Below are positions 1 through 8,764 of a stretch of DNA of 57,373 nucleotides, piece after piece. The translations under genes and the position numbers were made by a program. The notes beneath the pieces are model-generated. The model had not been told where the DNA came from. It was given only the letters and a program-made list of their open reading frames with translations, and ran no database searches. This stretch comes from a virus (taxonomy: Duplodnaviria > Caudoviricetes), in the IMG/VR virus record IMGVR_UViG_3300027708_000084, positions 1 through 57,373 of that record; one strand, 5' to 3'. How positions within the stretch are numbered: the stretch's first letter is position 1; the number at the start of each line of letters is the position of its first letter.

Positions 1-60
1 AAGCGCGCAAGCCTGCGGCGCCATAGTGGTCAACCTAAATTTTTTGAGTGTGGCGCGCCC

Positions 61-89
61 ATTATACAGTGGCCAAGCAAACTTGTCAA
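61..89 (-). promoter_or_regulatory. sigma70-like promoter, leftward
   Basis: Reverse complement reads TTGACA-N17-TATAAT. Confidence 0.7.
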
Positions 90-132
90 GTGTATTTTCA
101 ACACAATTAGCACAACACTCAAAAAAACTCAC

Positions 133-161
133 TTGTCCAAAATTTCAAAAAGTTTTATAAT
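133..161 (+). promoter_or_regulatory. sigma70-like promoter
   Basis: TTGTCC-N17-TATAAT with an A-tract upstream. Confidence 0.65.
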
Positions 162-190
162 TTCTTTATGAAATCAGGAAGGGGTCACAC

Positions 191-325
191 ATGACAGACA
201 GCGAATTTTTTGCCTTGGTTCAGGAGCAATGGTTTTGGGAAGTACAGGAAACAGAACTATCCAAAAAAGTTGCCCTTACCCAAGTACACAATGAAATTTT
301 TGATCTTGAAGATGTTCCCTTTTGA
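191..325 (+). CDS. 44-aa acidic peptide ending EDVPF (SSB C-terminal tail-like)
   Basis: Manual translation MTDSEFFALV...IFDLEDVPF; purine-rich SD and promoter upstream; below the ORF-track cutoff. Confidence 0.55.
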   Translation: MTDSEFFALVQEQWFWEVQETELSKKVALTQVHNEIFDLEDVPF

Positions 326-335
326 GTAGTATAAT
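306..335 (+). promoter_or_regulatory. sigma70-like promoter
   Basis: TTGAAG-N18-TATAAT. Confidence 0.6.
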
Positions 336-373
336 ATTTCTTTAAACAGCGCAGAAACCAATTGAAAGGACAT

Positions 374-685
374 ATGATGACTGCAACTAACACAAACTAC
401 ACACCCGAGATGACCATGGAAGTTGTTGCCAGCTACAAAGCTGGTGACACTGTGGAAATGATCGCGGAACGCACAGGTAAAAGTGTGCGAAGCATTGTTG
501 CCAAGCTGTCACGCGAAGGCGTGTACGTGGCAAAAAGCAAAGCCAAAGGCGTTGCTGCTCCCCGCAAGGCTGAGCTGATTACCGAGATTGCTACCGCAAT
601 CGGTACTAGCGAGGAATTGATCGAGTCGCTTGAAAAAGCTACCCGCGAAGCCTTGGAACTGATCGCAAAGGCTGTTAAAGCCTGA
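374..685 (+). CDS. T5 A2-like DNA-binding protein
   Basis: NYTPE...VEMIAERTGKSVRSIVAKLSREGVY HTH-like motif; AAAGGA SD before ATG 374. Confidence 0.7.
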   Translation: MMTATNTNYTPEMTMEVVASYKAGDTVEMIAERTGKSVRSIVAKLSREGVYVAKSKAKGVAAPRKAELITEIATAIGTSEELIESLEKATREALELIAKAVKA

Positions 686-711
686 TCGGTTTAGGGTCAG
701 AAAATTCTATC

Positions 712-740
712 TTGAAGTTCTGACCCTTTTATTGTATAAT
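712..740 (+). promoter_or_regulatory. sigma70-like promoter with an inverted repeat straddling the -35
   Basis: TTGAAG-N17-TATAAT; AGGGTCAGAA (693-702) / TTCTGACCCT (718-727). Confidence 0.65.
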
Positions 741-768
741 ATTTATATAAACAGTCGGGAAGGGCTTA

Positions 769-915
769 ATGAATTGGCATGAAAGTGCCGCCCGTTTGTC
801 ATCGATCTCTTTGTCTACCAACCAGTCACTGTATGTCGACACACCTGCGAAGCTAGATCAATATGGCAACGATTGTTTATTTTCTCTTGATTTTAGTCAG
901 TTGATCGTGTTATAA
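769..915 (+). CDS. possible 48-aa peptide
   Basis: ATG after GGGAAGGG, downstream of a promoter; no motif. Confidence 0.3.
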   Translation: MNWHESAARLSSISLSTNQSLYVDTPAKLDQYGNDCLFSLDFSQLIVL

Positions 916-916
916 T
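887..916 (+). promoter_or_regulatory. sigma70-like promoter for the ncRNA locus
   Basis: TTGATT-N18-TATAAT. Confidence 0.55.
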
Positions 917-924
917 ATTATATA

Positions 925-1915
925 ATTTAGTGAGTTGCTAGTTAACAAGAGCACTAGCGTAAAGCGTCTGAAATCATAAGCGCTTCTCTTAGATTGGGTG
1001 GAAAGCGGTCTTCAGCGCGATTGCGCTTTTGATGATACTTCCTTAATTGTGGTAAATATCCGAACCACAGCCCTTAGCCTCCATATATTAGTGACAACAT
1101 TAATATATGGGTGTTATGAGTGCCACGCACATGATTTGGCTTAACAACTTAATTGCAACCGAAATCTCTAGTTGCAGCCCTCCATTTTGCTGGGTTCGTC
1201 TATCGGTTAGGACGCTGCCCTTTCAAGGCGGAAAGACGAGTTCGATTCTCGTACCCAGTACCAAACTTTTGTAGATTAGGAATTTTTTGGAGTCTATAAA
1301 ATTTTGGTAGTCTGTTTTTAGTTTAGTGTTATCAGGGTATCGCTACAAGACGTTGTAGCTACGCGACAGTAAGCGTGCGAGCAACACTGTCTGATATAAC
1401 CGCCATTCGCTTGTCAGTGCTAGCTACATTTTTGACAAATAGGCACGATAATGCTAAACTAAAAATAGAAGCAATCAACTTGCTTGGGTTGTGGAACCCG
1501 AAACGTTGAGGAGTTTTTGTGCGATTTGAACATCCTTAAACTAAATCACATAGCTTGACACAGCTTTACCATGTTAGTTTTAACTGTGTTCTTAGAACAG
1601 TTCGTTAATGCAAGGCTATCGATAACGGTCTGCCAGTGGCGTGTTGTGCCCCTAGCTATAGGTTAATTAGTTCCACAGTGAAAGAACACTCTAAAAATAC
1701 AGCCATCATCTAAGCAAAGAGCCACGGCAGTGGTAATGTGAGTAACCAATCTCACTGGCGCACTTAGCAAAACCCCCTGCAAGGATTTACAGTCCTTGGC
1801 TTCGACCCTAGGTTGTAGCGTATGTAGACCATAGGCGGTTTGGCATTAGGTAGTCGTCAGGCTTTAAATCTCAACCTTACATGGTAGCAGAGCCTTAAAA
1901 AACTTGATCAGTTTC
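925..1915 (+). ncRNA. large structured non-coding RNA locus (GOLLD/ROOL-like candidate) with embedded tRNA
   Basis: About 1 kb with no ORF >=60 aa between promoter and terminator; many G-U-containing stems and long-range complementarities. Confidence 0.55.
1189..1263 (+). tRNA. tRNA-Glu(UUC)
   Basis: Cloverleaf; anticodon loop CTTTCAA; TTCGA T-loop; CCA. Confidence 0.9.
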
Positions 1916-1916
1916 A

Positions 1917-1953
1917 AAAGCCACCCAGCCACAAGCTCGGTGGCTTTTGTTTT
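1917..1953 (+). terminator. intrinsic terminator
   Basis: AAAAGCCACC/GGTGGCTTTT stem followed by T-rich tail. Confidence 0.75.
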
Positions 1954-2124
1954 GCCTGAAATAAGCCACTTATAAAATTTTGCACGTGGCTGCGCCATTT
2001 TACTAGTGCCAAACTGATTTGTCAAGTGAATTTTCTTTGAAGTCTGACCCTAAGCCGCAACAAGTGTACATATCACACACGTTTCACAATTTTGTGTCGA
2101 AATTTCACCAAAATTAAAGCACGA

Positions 2125-2156
2125 AAAAAAGCCCACCTATTATCAAATAAGTGGGC
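2125..2156 (-). terminator. intrinsic terminator
   Basis: GCCCAC/GTGGGC stem with an A7 tract on the left, downstream of the minus-strand ORF. Confidence 0.65.
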
Positions 2157-2177
2157 AATTGGTCAAATTAAGTTGGA

Positions 2178-2498
2178 TTAACTCAGTTTAGGGTCAGATT
2201 TGTTGACTAAATTTCGTTCAATCATGAGTAGCACCTGCTTGTTGACCTTTTCTAGTGATTCTAGGAGCTCAAGGTTGCAGTTGAGCAGTTGTGCAATGCG
2301 TTCAATGTGCTCGGACTTTTTCACAGGCACCTCACCACGTTTGTTCAAGTACTGCTTTTTTTGGTACACACCCAAACTTGAGAGCTTGGCGATTATGCTA
2401 CGCTCTGGCACCTCGAGCTGTTGTGCAAGCTCTAAGACGGTCGCTCCCGCTTCATAGTCTTCTACTAATTTTTTGGTTGATTCTGGAGTATATTTCAT
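2178..2498 (-). CDS. A2-like DNA-binding protein, paralogue of 374..685
   Basis: Shares YTPE...RSI[IV]AKLS..GVY and L.ESLEK motifs with 374..685. Confidence 0.7.
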   Translation of the reverse strand: MKYTPESTKKLVEDYEAGATVLELAQQLEVPERSIIAKLSSLGVYQKKQYLNKRGEVPVKKSEHIERIAQLLNCNLELLESLEKVNKQVLLMIERNLVNKSDPKLS

Positions 2499-2500
2499 GC

Positions 2501-3508
2501 TTATACGTTCCAAGGTAATTCATTGCTAGTATCTTCTACTTTAAGTTTTTTTGTGATTGTGGGTTTCATGTTAAAAATATCCTCTGTGATTAGTGGTGTA
2601 GGCATTTGATCCCAATTATAGGGATTTAAAACCATACTGTTTGTGCGATTACTAGGATGTGCACACCAAATTTGAGTTAACATTACTTGAGCTAAATCAG
2701 GTACTTCTTCTAGAACTGTACCCTTAGTAGACCACAATTTGTGTGTGGTCATTGGATTTCGTTTAGAACCTTCTTTTTCTCCTGACATAATAGTCAATCC
2801 TTGATTACGTGCAGCTAATAGCTCTTCTCTGGTAAATTCTTGGCGTTCTAGTGTCATTGCATCGCACAATGATTTATTTACTACCCACCTTAAGGTAGTT
2901 TTATCCCACTTGGAGTATGGAATACTTTTATATAGCTTAAAAGCATAGGGTATAAGGGGAACTAGTGAGCAATATGGCTTGCTTTCTCCCTTATACTGTG
3001 TAGATAAATACGCACTACGGGCATCTAACATTAAAAATTGATATAAACCTCTGTCCCATTCGTTGCTAAAATCAAAAATATGATTTAACATTTTTCGACC
3101 ATCAATCTGACCCTCAGCTGTACAAACCTCAGCTAAAATCAGGTGTTTTTGCTGTAACCAAACTATAATCTGTGGCATTAGTGCGACTAGCACAGGTTTT
3201 AACCTGTACTTGGGAATCCATGTATCTTTGATGATTTCTTGAGTGACCTTTCGCCTGATTGCGGAAGCTTCTTCAGCGCTTAGCTGTTGCTGAGAAAATT
3301 GATCGGCAAAACTCGTTTCACTAGGAGCTTCCGAACTATTGCTGTAGTGTTGTTCTGCTTGCTCAACTTGCTGAAGGAACTTGCTCTCTAGATTCATTTC
3401 CTGCAATCGGATTTGCTCTTCTACAGCAAGCTCTACGCTTTGGTAGAGCTCTCGAAATGGTGTCTGATGTAACTGTTTTATATTAATTTTTTGTGTTAAA
3501 AAACTCAT
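2501..3508 (-). CDS. hypothetical protein, 335 aa
   Basis: Long ORF adjacent to the A2 paralogue; no motif recognised. Confidence 0.75.
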   Translation of the reverse strand: MSFLTQKINIKQLHQTPFRELYQSVELAVEEQIRLQEMNLESKFLQQVEQAEQHYSNSSEAPSETSFADQFSQQQLSAEEASAIRRKVTQEIIKDTWIPKYRLKPVLVALMPQIIVWLQQKHLILAEVCTAEGQIDGRKMLNHIFDFSNEWDRGLYQFLMLDARSAYLSTQYKGESKPYCSLVPLIPYAFKLYKSIPYSKWDKTTLRWVVNKSLCDAMTLERQEFTREELLAARNQGLTIMSGEKEGSKRNPMTTHKLWSTKGTVLEEVPDLAQVMLTQIWCAHPSNRTNSMVLNPYNWDQMPTPLITEDIFNMKPTITKKLKVEDTSNELPWNV

Positions 3509-3887
3509 TTGGTATATACCTTGAATTGACCCTAAATTGCGGAAATCCGACTAGAGCAGGGTTACGCTAGAGTGGGACAGCTTGACCAGCCCTCTTCAGT
3601 TTAGGGTCGGGCAAAGCGAGAAAGTGCGTAGAAAACTCCAATTTACTTTAGATTACAAAAAACAAAAAAACATAGTAGTAGCCCTTTGCAACATTGTTAT
3701 CAATTGTGGGAAATTTATGCATTTAACAACATTGCTCTCTGTAGCTACCTACGACGGGTACGGAGTCCCTTACGAAGTTCGCTCAGAGAGCTATTGTTAA
3801 ATTAAATTTCTTTGGTTATCTGTTATAACTTTTTATATATTATAACACACGTTTTTGTATTTTGCAAGATGTATTTTTATCAATGCT

Positions 3888-4127
3888 CTAGATACTAGGA
3901 TTGCTTTTTGCAAAAAAGTCGATTTTGTGGAATTGTTGCTGTGCGGCCAAGCTGTATTGCAGGAGTGTTAGGATTCCAAACAGCTGCAACCAGGTCAGTG
4001 GAAAACCACCCCAGTAGACTAGCAGCATCCAAGCTGGGTTTGTTAGCAGCAGGGCTATTACGATAAGCGTTAGCGCATAACGGACCAGCATGCAGGGTTT
4101 ACATGGTAACATATTCAGGGACTCCAT
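3888..4127 (-). CDS. small membrane protein (start uncertain)
   Basis: Two hydrophobic segments. Confidence 0.5.
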   Translation of the reverse strand: MESLNMLPCKPCMLVRYALTLIVIALLLTNPAWMLLVYWGGFPLTWLQLFGILTLLQYSLAAQQQFHKIDFFAKSNPSI

Positions 4128-4344
4128 TTACAAAGTTGATTTGGGTAATACGGCGACCACCAATAGTGCTGCCTAGGCCAATGCTTAGTTGTCCTGAGTA
4201 GTTGACTACCTGACAGTTGGTGGTGTCGTTGGTGACAAGCTTGCCGCCTTTGACTACAGTGCTTAACACTGGTTGACCTTGTAGTTGCCAGTGGTTGGGT
4301 GTGACCTCTACAAATTCGTAGTTTTCACCTTGACGATTTTTCAT
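4099..4344 (-). CDS. hypothetical protein
   Basis: ORF with AAGGA SD. Confidence 0.6.
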   Translation of the reverse strand: MKNRQGENYEFVEVTPNHWQLQGQPVLSTVVKGGKLVTNDTTNCQVVNYSGQLSIGLGSTIGGRRITQINFVNGVPEYVTM

Positions 4345-4376
4345 GTGTGGGTTCCTTGGGTTCGTGAAATTTTGAG

Positions 4377-4405
4377 TTGACCTTGCGGTTGATACGTGCT
4401 ATACT
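4377..4405 (+). promoter_or_regulatory. sigma70-like promoter
   Basis: TTGACC-N17-TATACT. Confidence 0.6.
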
Positions 4406-4428
4406 GGTACAAAAATTTTGGAGACAGC

Positions 4429-4695
4429 ATGGCATATGGATTACAGATAAATGGTTTTGACTTTACCTATGGCGTTTATTCAGTTATACAAAAAGGCACA
4501 CTATATTACACAGTTATAGTAGACAAAGCAAATCATCCAGATATTAGGGAATGGCGTACTGTTTTTGTGCCACTAGGAATTCGTGATATTAGCAAAAACG
4601 AACTCAGACCCACAGTTGTAGAAATCAATAACACCATTGTAATGACACCTCCTGCAAGTGGCGTAGAACACTTGTACTTTGTTTTAGGAAGATAG
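4429..4695 (+). CDS. small virion/tail-tip-like protein
   Basis: MAYGLQING... start after GGAG; beta-rich; precedes the adhesin. Confidence 0.55.
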   Translation: MAYGLQINGFDFTYGVYSVIQKGTLYYTVIVDKANHPDIREWRTVFVPLGIRDISKNELRPTVVEINNTIVMTPPASGVEHLYFVLGR

Positions 4696-4696
4696 T

Positions 4697-6733
4697 ATGG
4701 CAACACAAAGATGGGGCATTAAAACCCTGGATGATAATGGATATGTTAACCTGCACTCGGACTATAGTTCAGTTGTGTATGTGGGTGAAATGGCTCAAAG
4801 CACTGACCCAGTAAAACCCAACTACTTGGGAGATTATGCCATTGGCATACCTGAGAGCGTTAAAAACTCAAATTATCACATGGGTTATCTTATACAGTAC
4901 TTGATAACTGGCATAAGCACTGATTTTTTGGTGCCCTTTTACAAACCTAATTTTAGCCTGCAACAAATTTCCATACTAGACGTAGTTAGAAAGGACAACA
5001 CAACCTGGGCAGTTAACTTACTCTATAGCGGTGATATAGGCGCAGTACCCAGAGTATTTGCATTTGCTCCACTAAATGCACTGCCAATACCTGCTGCTGT
5101 AGCAGGTGAAACTGGACTACGTGTTTATGATCAGCAAGGTGGTTTAGTGTTTACTACTACCAAAAAACCACTACGAGTTGATGATGTGTTACAAATACTA
5201 CACCCCAGTTCAATTAAAACCAATGGTCGTGGCGGTTGTGGTGACGATCACGGGTGTCATGTTGATTTTACACCAAACCTGAGTTCAGACTATACTGGCA
5301 CAGTAACAAATACAAGCACTAAAATATATCACATTGTACCTAGTGCATATGGTGGTTTAGCCTATAGTAATAGTGGGAGCGGCACTAGAAGTTGTGGTTT
5401 TGCTGGCTGGGGTGAGCGTGAGTATGCTTGGGCATATCAAAGTTGGGCAAGTTATCGAGGTACATTGGGTCATGAGTTTGGTACACAAAAACATAAATCA
5501 GATTGGTACGGTGACTTTGCTGGAGCATATCATAGGTACCAAGAAGGTGATTGTGGAATTGGTGGTATTTTAGGTGCAATTTTAGGTGGGCTTTTAGCTG
5601 TGTTTACATTTGGTGCTAGTTTAGCACTTTTTGTAGGCGGAGCTTTAGTTGGCTGGGCAATAAGTGGAGTACCAAATGCTCCAGCATTAAAAGCATATCA
5701 AGCAGACCAAACGTTTGATACAAACAACCCAAGTAACTTAATTATTACTGATTTAAACTATTATACTAGCGAAGGTATTACTCAGCTACCACTAAGTTTT
5801 TACAATTTAATTGCTACAACCACCAGTGTAACTGAGGGCACTTCCATAACATTTGATGTAAGTGGATTTAATATTGTTAGTGGCACATACTACTGGACTA
5901 TTAACAACATTGGTACCGTTAATGCAGACTTTGTTAATGCTTCAGGATTTTTTAATATTTCAGGAAACAAGGGATCATTTGCCGTTAATATCTTACAAGA
6001 TAACCTTAATGAAAGTGACGAATACTTTACAGTAGAAATTCGCAGAGATAGTATTAATGGCCCAATTTTAAAAACTAGTTCAAATGTTAAAATACCTGCA
6101 AACGGTTGGATTATAACTCCTGCGGCTACAAAAATATATGAAGGTTTAACTGCAATAGTTAATGTAGATGTAGTTAATTTGGGTAGTATTAGTGGTACAT
6201 ACTACTGGAAAATTGAGCATATTAGTACAGCTCATTCAGACTTTACCAATAATTCAGGTACTGTTGTTATTGCAAACAGTAAAGGTAGTTTTACAATAAG
6301 TCCTATACAAGATTTTGCTAAAGAAACAGATGAAACATTTACAATATCTATTCGTAGTGGTAGTATTACTGGCCCAGTTATAACAACCAGTGATACAATT
6401 ACACTTGGTGGATTCGGAGGCGATAGTTATAAATTTGCAGTATCAACAGGCAGGGCTGATGCTCAATTTTTTTATTCAGGTGGAACAACAGAATGGATAC
6501 AAGAAAATATATATAATACTAATAATGGTCAAAGTTATGATAATGTTACTATTTATTATAATGGCTATGTTGGTAACTATCAAGGTGTTCCGTATAATAC
6601 AACTTCACTTAATAATGGTAAAGATAATACCTATTTTCGAGGATTCCAAATGGGTGTATATACCCAAGGTGAGATAGCACCTGGTGTACTTAGAGGACTT
6701 AGTAGTTGGTCAATAGTTAGAAGTGGTGGATAA
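4697..6733 (+). CDS. putative receptor-binding/tail protein with two Calx-beta-like repeats and a hydrophobic Gly-rich segment
   Basis: Two repeats EG...YYW.I.....ADF...SG...I...GSF...QD...E.DE.FT..IR..SI.GP; GIGGILGAILGGLLAVF segment. Confidence 0.6.
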   Translation: MATQRWGIKTLDDNGYVNLHSDYSSVVYVGEMAQSTDPVKPNYLGDYAIGIPESVKNSNYHMGYLIQYLITGISTDFLVPFYKPNFSLQQISILDVVRKDNTTWAVNLLYSGDIGAVPRVFAFAPLNALPIPAAVAGETGLRVYDQQGGLVFTTTKKPLRVDDVLQILHPSSIKTNGRGGCGDDHGCHVDFTPNLSSDYTGTVTNTSTKIYHIVPSAYGGLAYSNSGSGTRSCGFAGWGEREYAWAYQSWASYRGTLGHEFGTQKHKSDWYGDFAGAYHRYQEGDCGIGGILGAILGGLLAVFTFGASLALFVGGALVGWAISGVPNAPALKAYQADQTFDTNNPSNLIITDLNYYTSEGITQLPLSFYNLIATTTSVTEGTSITFDVSGFNIVSGTYYWTINNIGTVNADFVNASGFFNISGNKGSFAVNILQDNLNESDEYFTVEIRRDSINGPILKTSSNVKIPANGWIITPAATKIYEGLTAIVNVDVVNLGSISGTYYWKIEHISTAHSDFTNNSGTVVIANSKGSFTISPIQDFAKETDETFTISIRSGSITGPVITTSDTITLGGFGGDSYKFAVSTGRADAQFFYSGGTTEWIQENIYNTNNGQSYDNVTIYYNGYVGNYQGVPYNTTSLNNGKDNTYFRGFQMGVYTQGEIAPGVLRGLSSWSIVRSGG

Positions 6734-6752
6734 TAATTAACAAGGAATTAAA

Positions 6753-7100
6753 GTGACAATTAAAACAGAATTTATAGTAGACTTAATAAAAAAATATGAT
6801 AATTATGCAGGATTTGAAAATGTTATTGCATACATTGAAGCCCGTTGGAAAATAACAGATTCAATGTATCCAAATGGCGCTGCTTATCACGTATTTAGGT
6901 GTAAACTAGATTTAACTAATTTACAACCAGATACATATAAACCTATTAGTGAAATAACAAATGAAGAAATGGAAGTGTGGTGTACCAAAACCATATCACA
7001 AAATGAAAAGATAAATATATTAAACAATGCTATTGGCACTATTATAGAATCTCACGAAATTAACAGCATGACTGTATACTATGTAAATCCCAATCGTTAG
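6753..7100 (+). CDS. hypothetical protein, possible tail-associated chaperone
   Basis: Follows the adhesin; AAGGA SD. Confidence 0.55.
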   Translation: MTIKTEFIVDLIKKYDNYAGFENVIAYIEARWKITDSMYPNGAAYHVFRCKLDLTNLQPDTYKPISEITNEEMEVWCTKTISQNEKINILNNAIGTIIESHEINSMTVYYVNPNR

Positions 7101-7106
7101 CCGTAT

Positions 7107-7140
7107 AAAAGCCCACAAATTTATTGTTTGTGGGCTTTTT
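7107..7140. terminator. bidirectional terminator
   Basis: AAAAGCCCACAAA/TTTGTGGGCTTTT between convergent genes. Confidence 0.8.
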
Positions 7141-7143
7141 ACT

Positions 7144-7389
7144 TTATATTAGCTGTTGCATTTTATTGTAAATAGACTGTTGACTTGTTTGCAAGTTAAT
7201 ATAGCCTTTGTGTTCAAGGGCAGCAAGAATTGCAAGAAAATCTTCTAGTTCACCAACAAGCTCTTGTTTATTAGTGGTTTTCCGATCAGGGTGGTGACTA
7301 TTGTCACCAAAACGATGAATTTTACTAATGGCTTGGATTACTTCAGCTGCTTCTTCCTGCAATTTGGCACCTAGTTCTCTTAACTCCAC
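7144..7389 (-). CDS. MazG-like nucleotide pyrophosphohydrolase
   Basis: LQEEAAEV...ELED acidic metal-binding pattern. Confidence 0.6.
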   Translation of the reverse strand: MELRELGAKLQEEAAEVIQAISKIHRFGDNSHHPDRKTTNKQELVGELEDFLAILAALEHKGYINLQTSQQSIYNKMQQLI

Positions 7390-7718
7390 GATTGATGTAC
7401 CTCATGTATGCTTTCAATACCATCATACTCATGTATGTACCAGTTTGTTCCATCAGGAATTTCTACAACTTTTAGTGATGCAAAATTACCCCAGCTTTGT
7501 TCGCCTAAAAGTTCTACTACCTGAACCAAGTCTGGATCATCACGAACAATATCGTACTGACTAATATATTCATTGTTGGGACTATAGAATTCTTGTCCAA
7601 TAAAAGTGCTCTCATTGGGCACTATAACATATTCAATGTTTTTGAGTTTTAGGTAAGCTTCAAAAGCTTGTGCACTTAAACCAAAACCACCATACTCTGT
7701 GTTGATTACAATTTTCAT
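7380..7718 (-). CDS. conserved phage hypothetical protein
   Basis: MKIVIN.. YGGFGLS...RDDPDLVQVVE..G...LKVVEIP pattern. Confidence 0.75.
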   Translation of the reverse strand: MKIVINTEYGGFGLSAQAFEAYLKLKNIEYVIVPNESTFIGQEFYSPNNEYISQYDIVRDDPDLVQVVELLGEQSWGNFASLKVVEIPDGTNWYIHEYDGIESIHEVHQSWS

Positions 7719-7766
7719 GGTCTATGTCCTGTTGGAAAAGGCCAACTTGCCGTTGGCTTAGATTTT

Positions 7767-8093
7767 TTACATATCAGAGTTATCAGGCGTCGAAGCAGGT
7801 GTTTCATTGACAGTTTCCTTTTGTTTGACTGGTTTAGCAACGGGTGTCTCTGCAACTACAAGTTGTTCATAGCCATTTTCATCTACTACAATACCATACT
7901 GTTCGCCTAAGATTTCTAAGATAACTAATTCACAACCTAAACCGCAAGCAGTTGCACCCATTGTTTCTAGTGTTTCAATAAGTTGTGGACTATGACGTTC
8001 AATTTCAATATTACCACCTAAGGTAAGATAGTGTGTCATAGCAGGACCACTTAGTGAAAATGGGGCGGTTGTTTTGTTGATTACTACTTTCAT
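7767..8093 (-). CDS. diverged paralogue of 7380..7718
   Basis: MKVVIN....FSLS...R..P.L...E..G pattern. Confidence 0.65.
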   Translation of the reverse strand: MKVVINKTTAPFSLSGPAMTHYLTLGGNIEIERHSPQLIETLETMGATACGLGCELVILEILGEQYGIVVDENGYEQLVVAETPVAKPVKQKETVNETPASTPDNSDM

Positions 8094-8110
8094 GTTTTTC
8101 CTTTAGTGGG

Positions 8111-8764
8111 TTAGTCCCACAAGTTTTGATAATATTTTCCAAAAAGTTGGAAAGCGTTTTGTTTGCGAGCCTGGTGTGCTTTTAATCCTACTTCATCAAT
8201 TTGAATTCGATTCATTTTGGATTCAAAACTTTCACCTGCGACTTCCACACCGTGATTGTAGAACTTATCTGTGCTGTTATCATCACAGTGTTGCTCAAAA
8301 GCCCAGATCATTTCATCAAGCACATATGTCCAACGATAGTGCCAGTTGTCATCAGTGTCCCAATCATTCTCGCATTTATCACGAGCACCTGGTGCTGTTG
8401 AACGCAGTGGTGCTGGCACGTCTGCATCATCTACACTAGGAGCACCATGTTGCGTTGCTTTTAGCTGACGTAACATTGGCAACACAATAAGTGCTAGTGT
8501 ATGGTCTGCACTCCAAGTATCGTACTTGTCAATTTTAACATAAATTTGACGTTTGCGCTTGGACTCAATCCAATTACAAAAATTGGTTAACCAAGTGTTT
8601 GATCCATCTTTGCGTTCAGCAAGCCAAGTACCAAAATCATGTACCCAGTCCGCTTTGCTTTTAAAACCCGATTCATCTGTTTGTGGTTTAGCCCACCAAC
8701 AAAGTGCATCAGCAATTTGATAAGGACCAATCCAGTTGATGTAAGGTCCAATTTTTACTTTCAT
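8111..8764 (-). CDS. hypothetical protein (Trp-rich)
   Basis: 217-aa ORF, translationally coupled. Confidence 0.75.
   Translation of the reverse strand: MKVKIGPYINWIGPYQIADALCWWAKPQTDESGFKSKADWVHDFGTWLAERKDGSNTWLTNFCNWIESKRKRQIYVKIDKYDTWSADHTLALIVLPMLRQLKATQHGAPSVDDADVPAPLRSTAPGARDKCENDWDTDDNWHYRWTYVLDEMIWAFEQHCDDNSTDKFYNHGVEVAGESFESKMNRIQIDEVGLKAHQARKQNAFQLFGKYYQNLWD

Noticed and set aside
1311-1469. Retron msr-msd or hammerhead ribozyme
   Set aside because: No reverse transcriptase in the window; the hammerhead core CUGANGA/GAAA is not present
1470-1915. RNase P RNA or group I intron
   Set aside because: No RNase P P4 consensus (GAGGAAAGUCC) and no interrupted host gene
3582-3800. 72-aa + strand ORF
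   Set aside because: TTG start with no convincing context; it lies in the leader of a leftward promoter and is more likely non-coding
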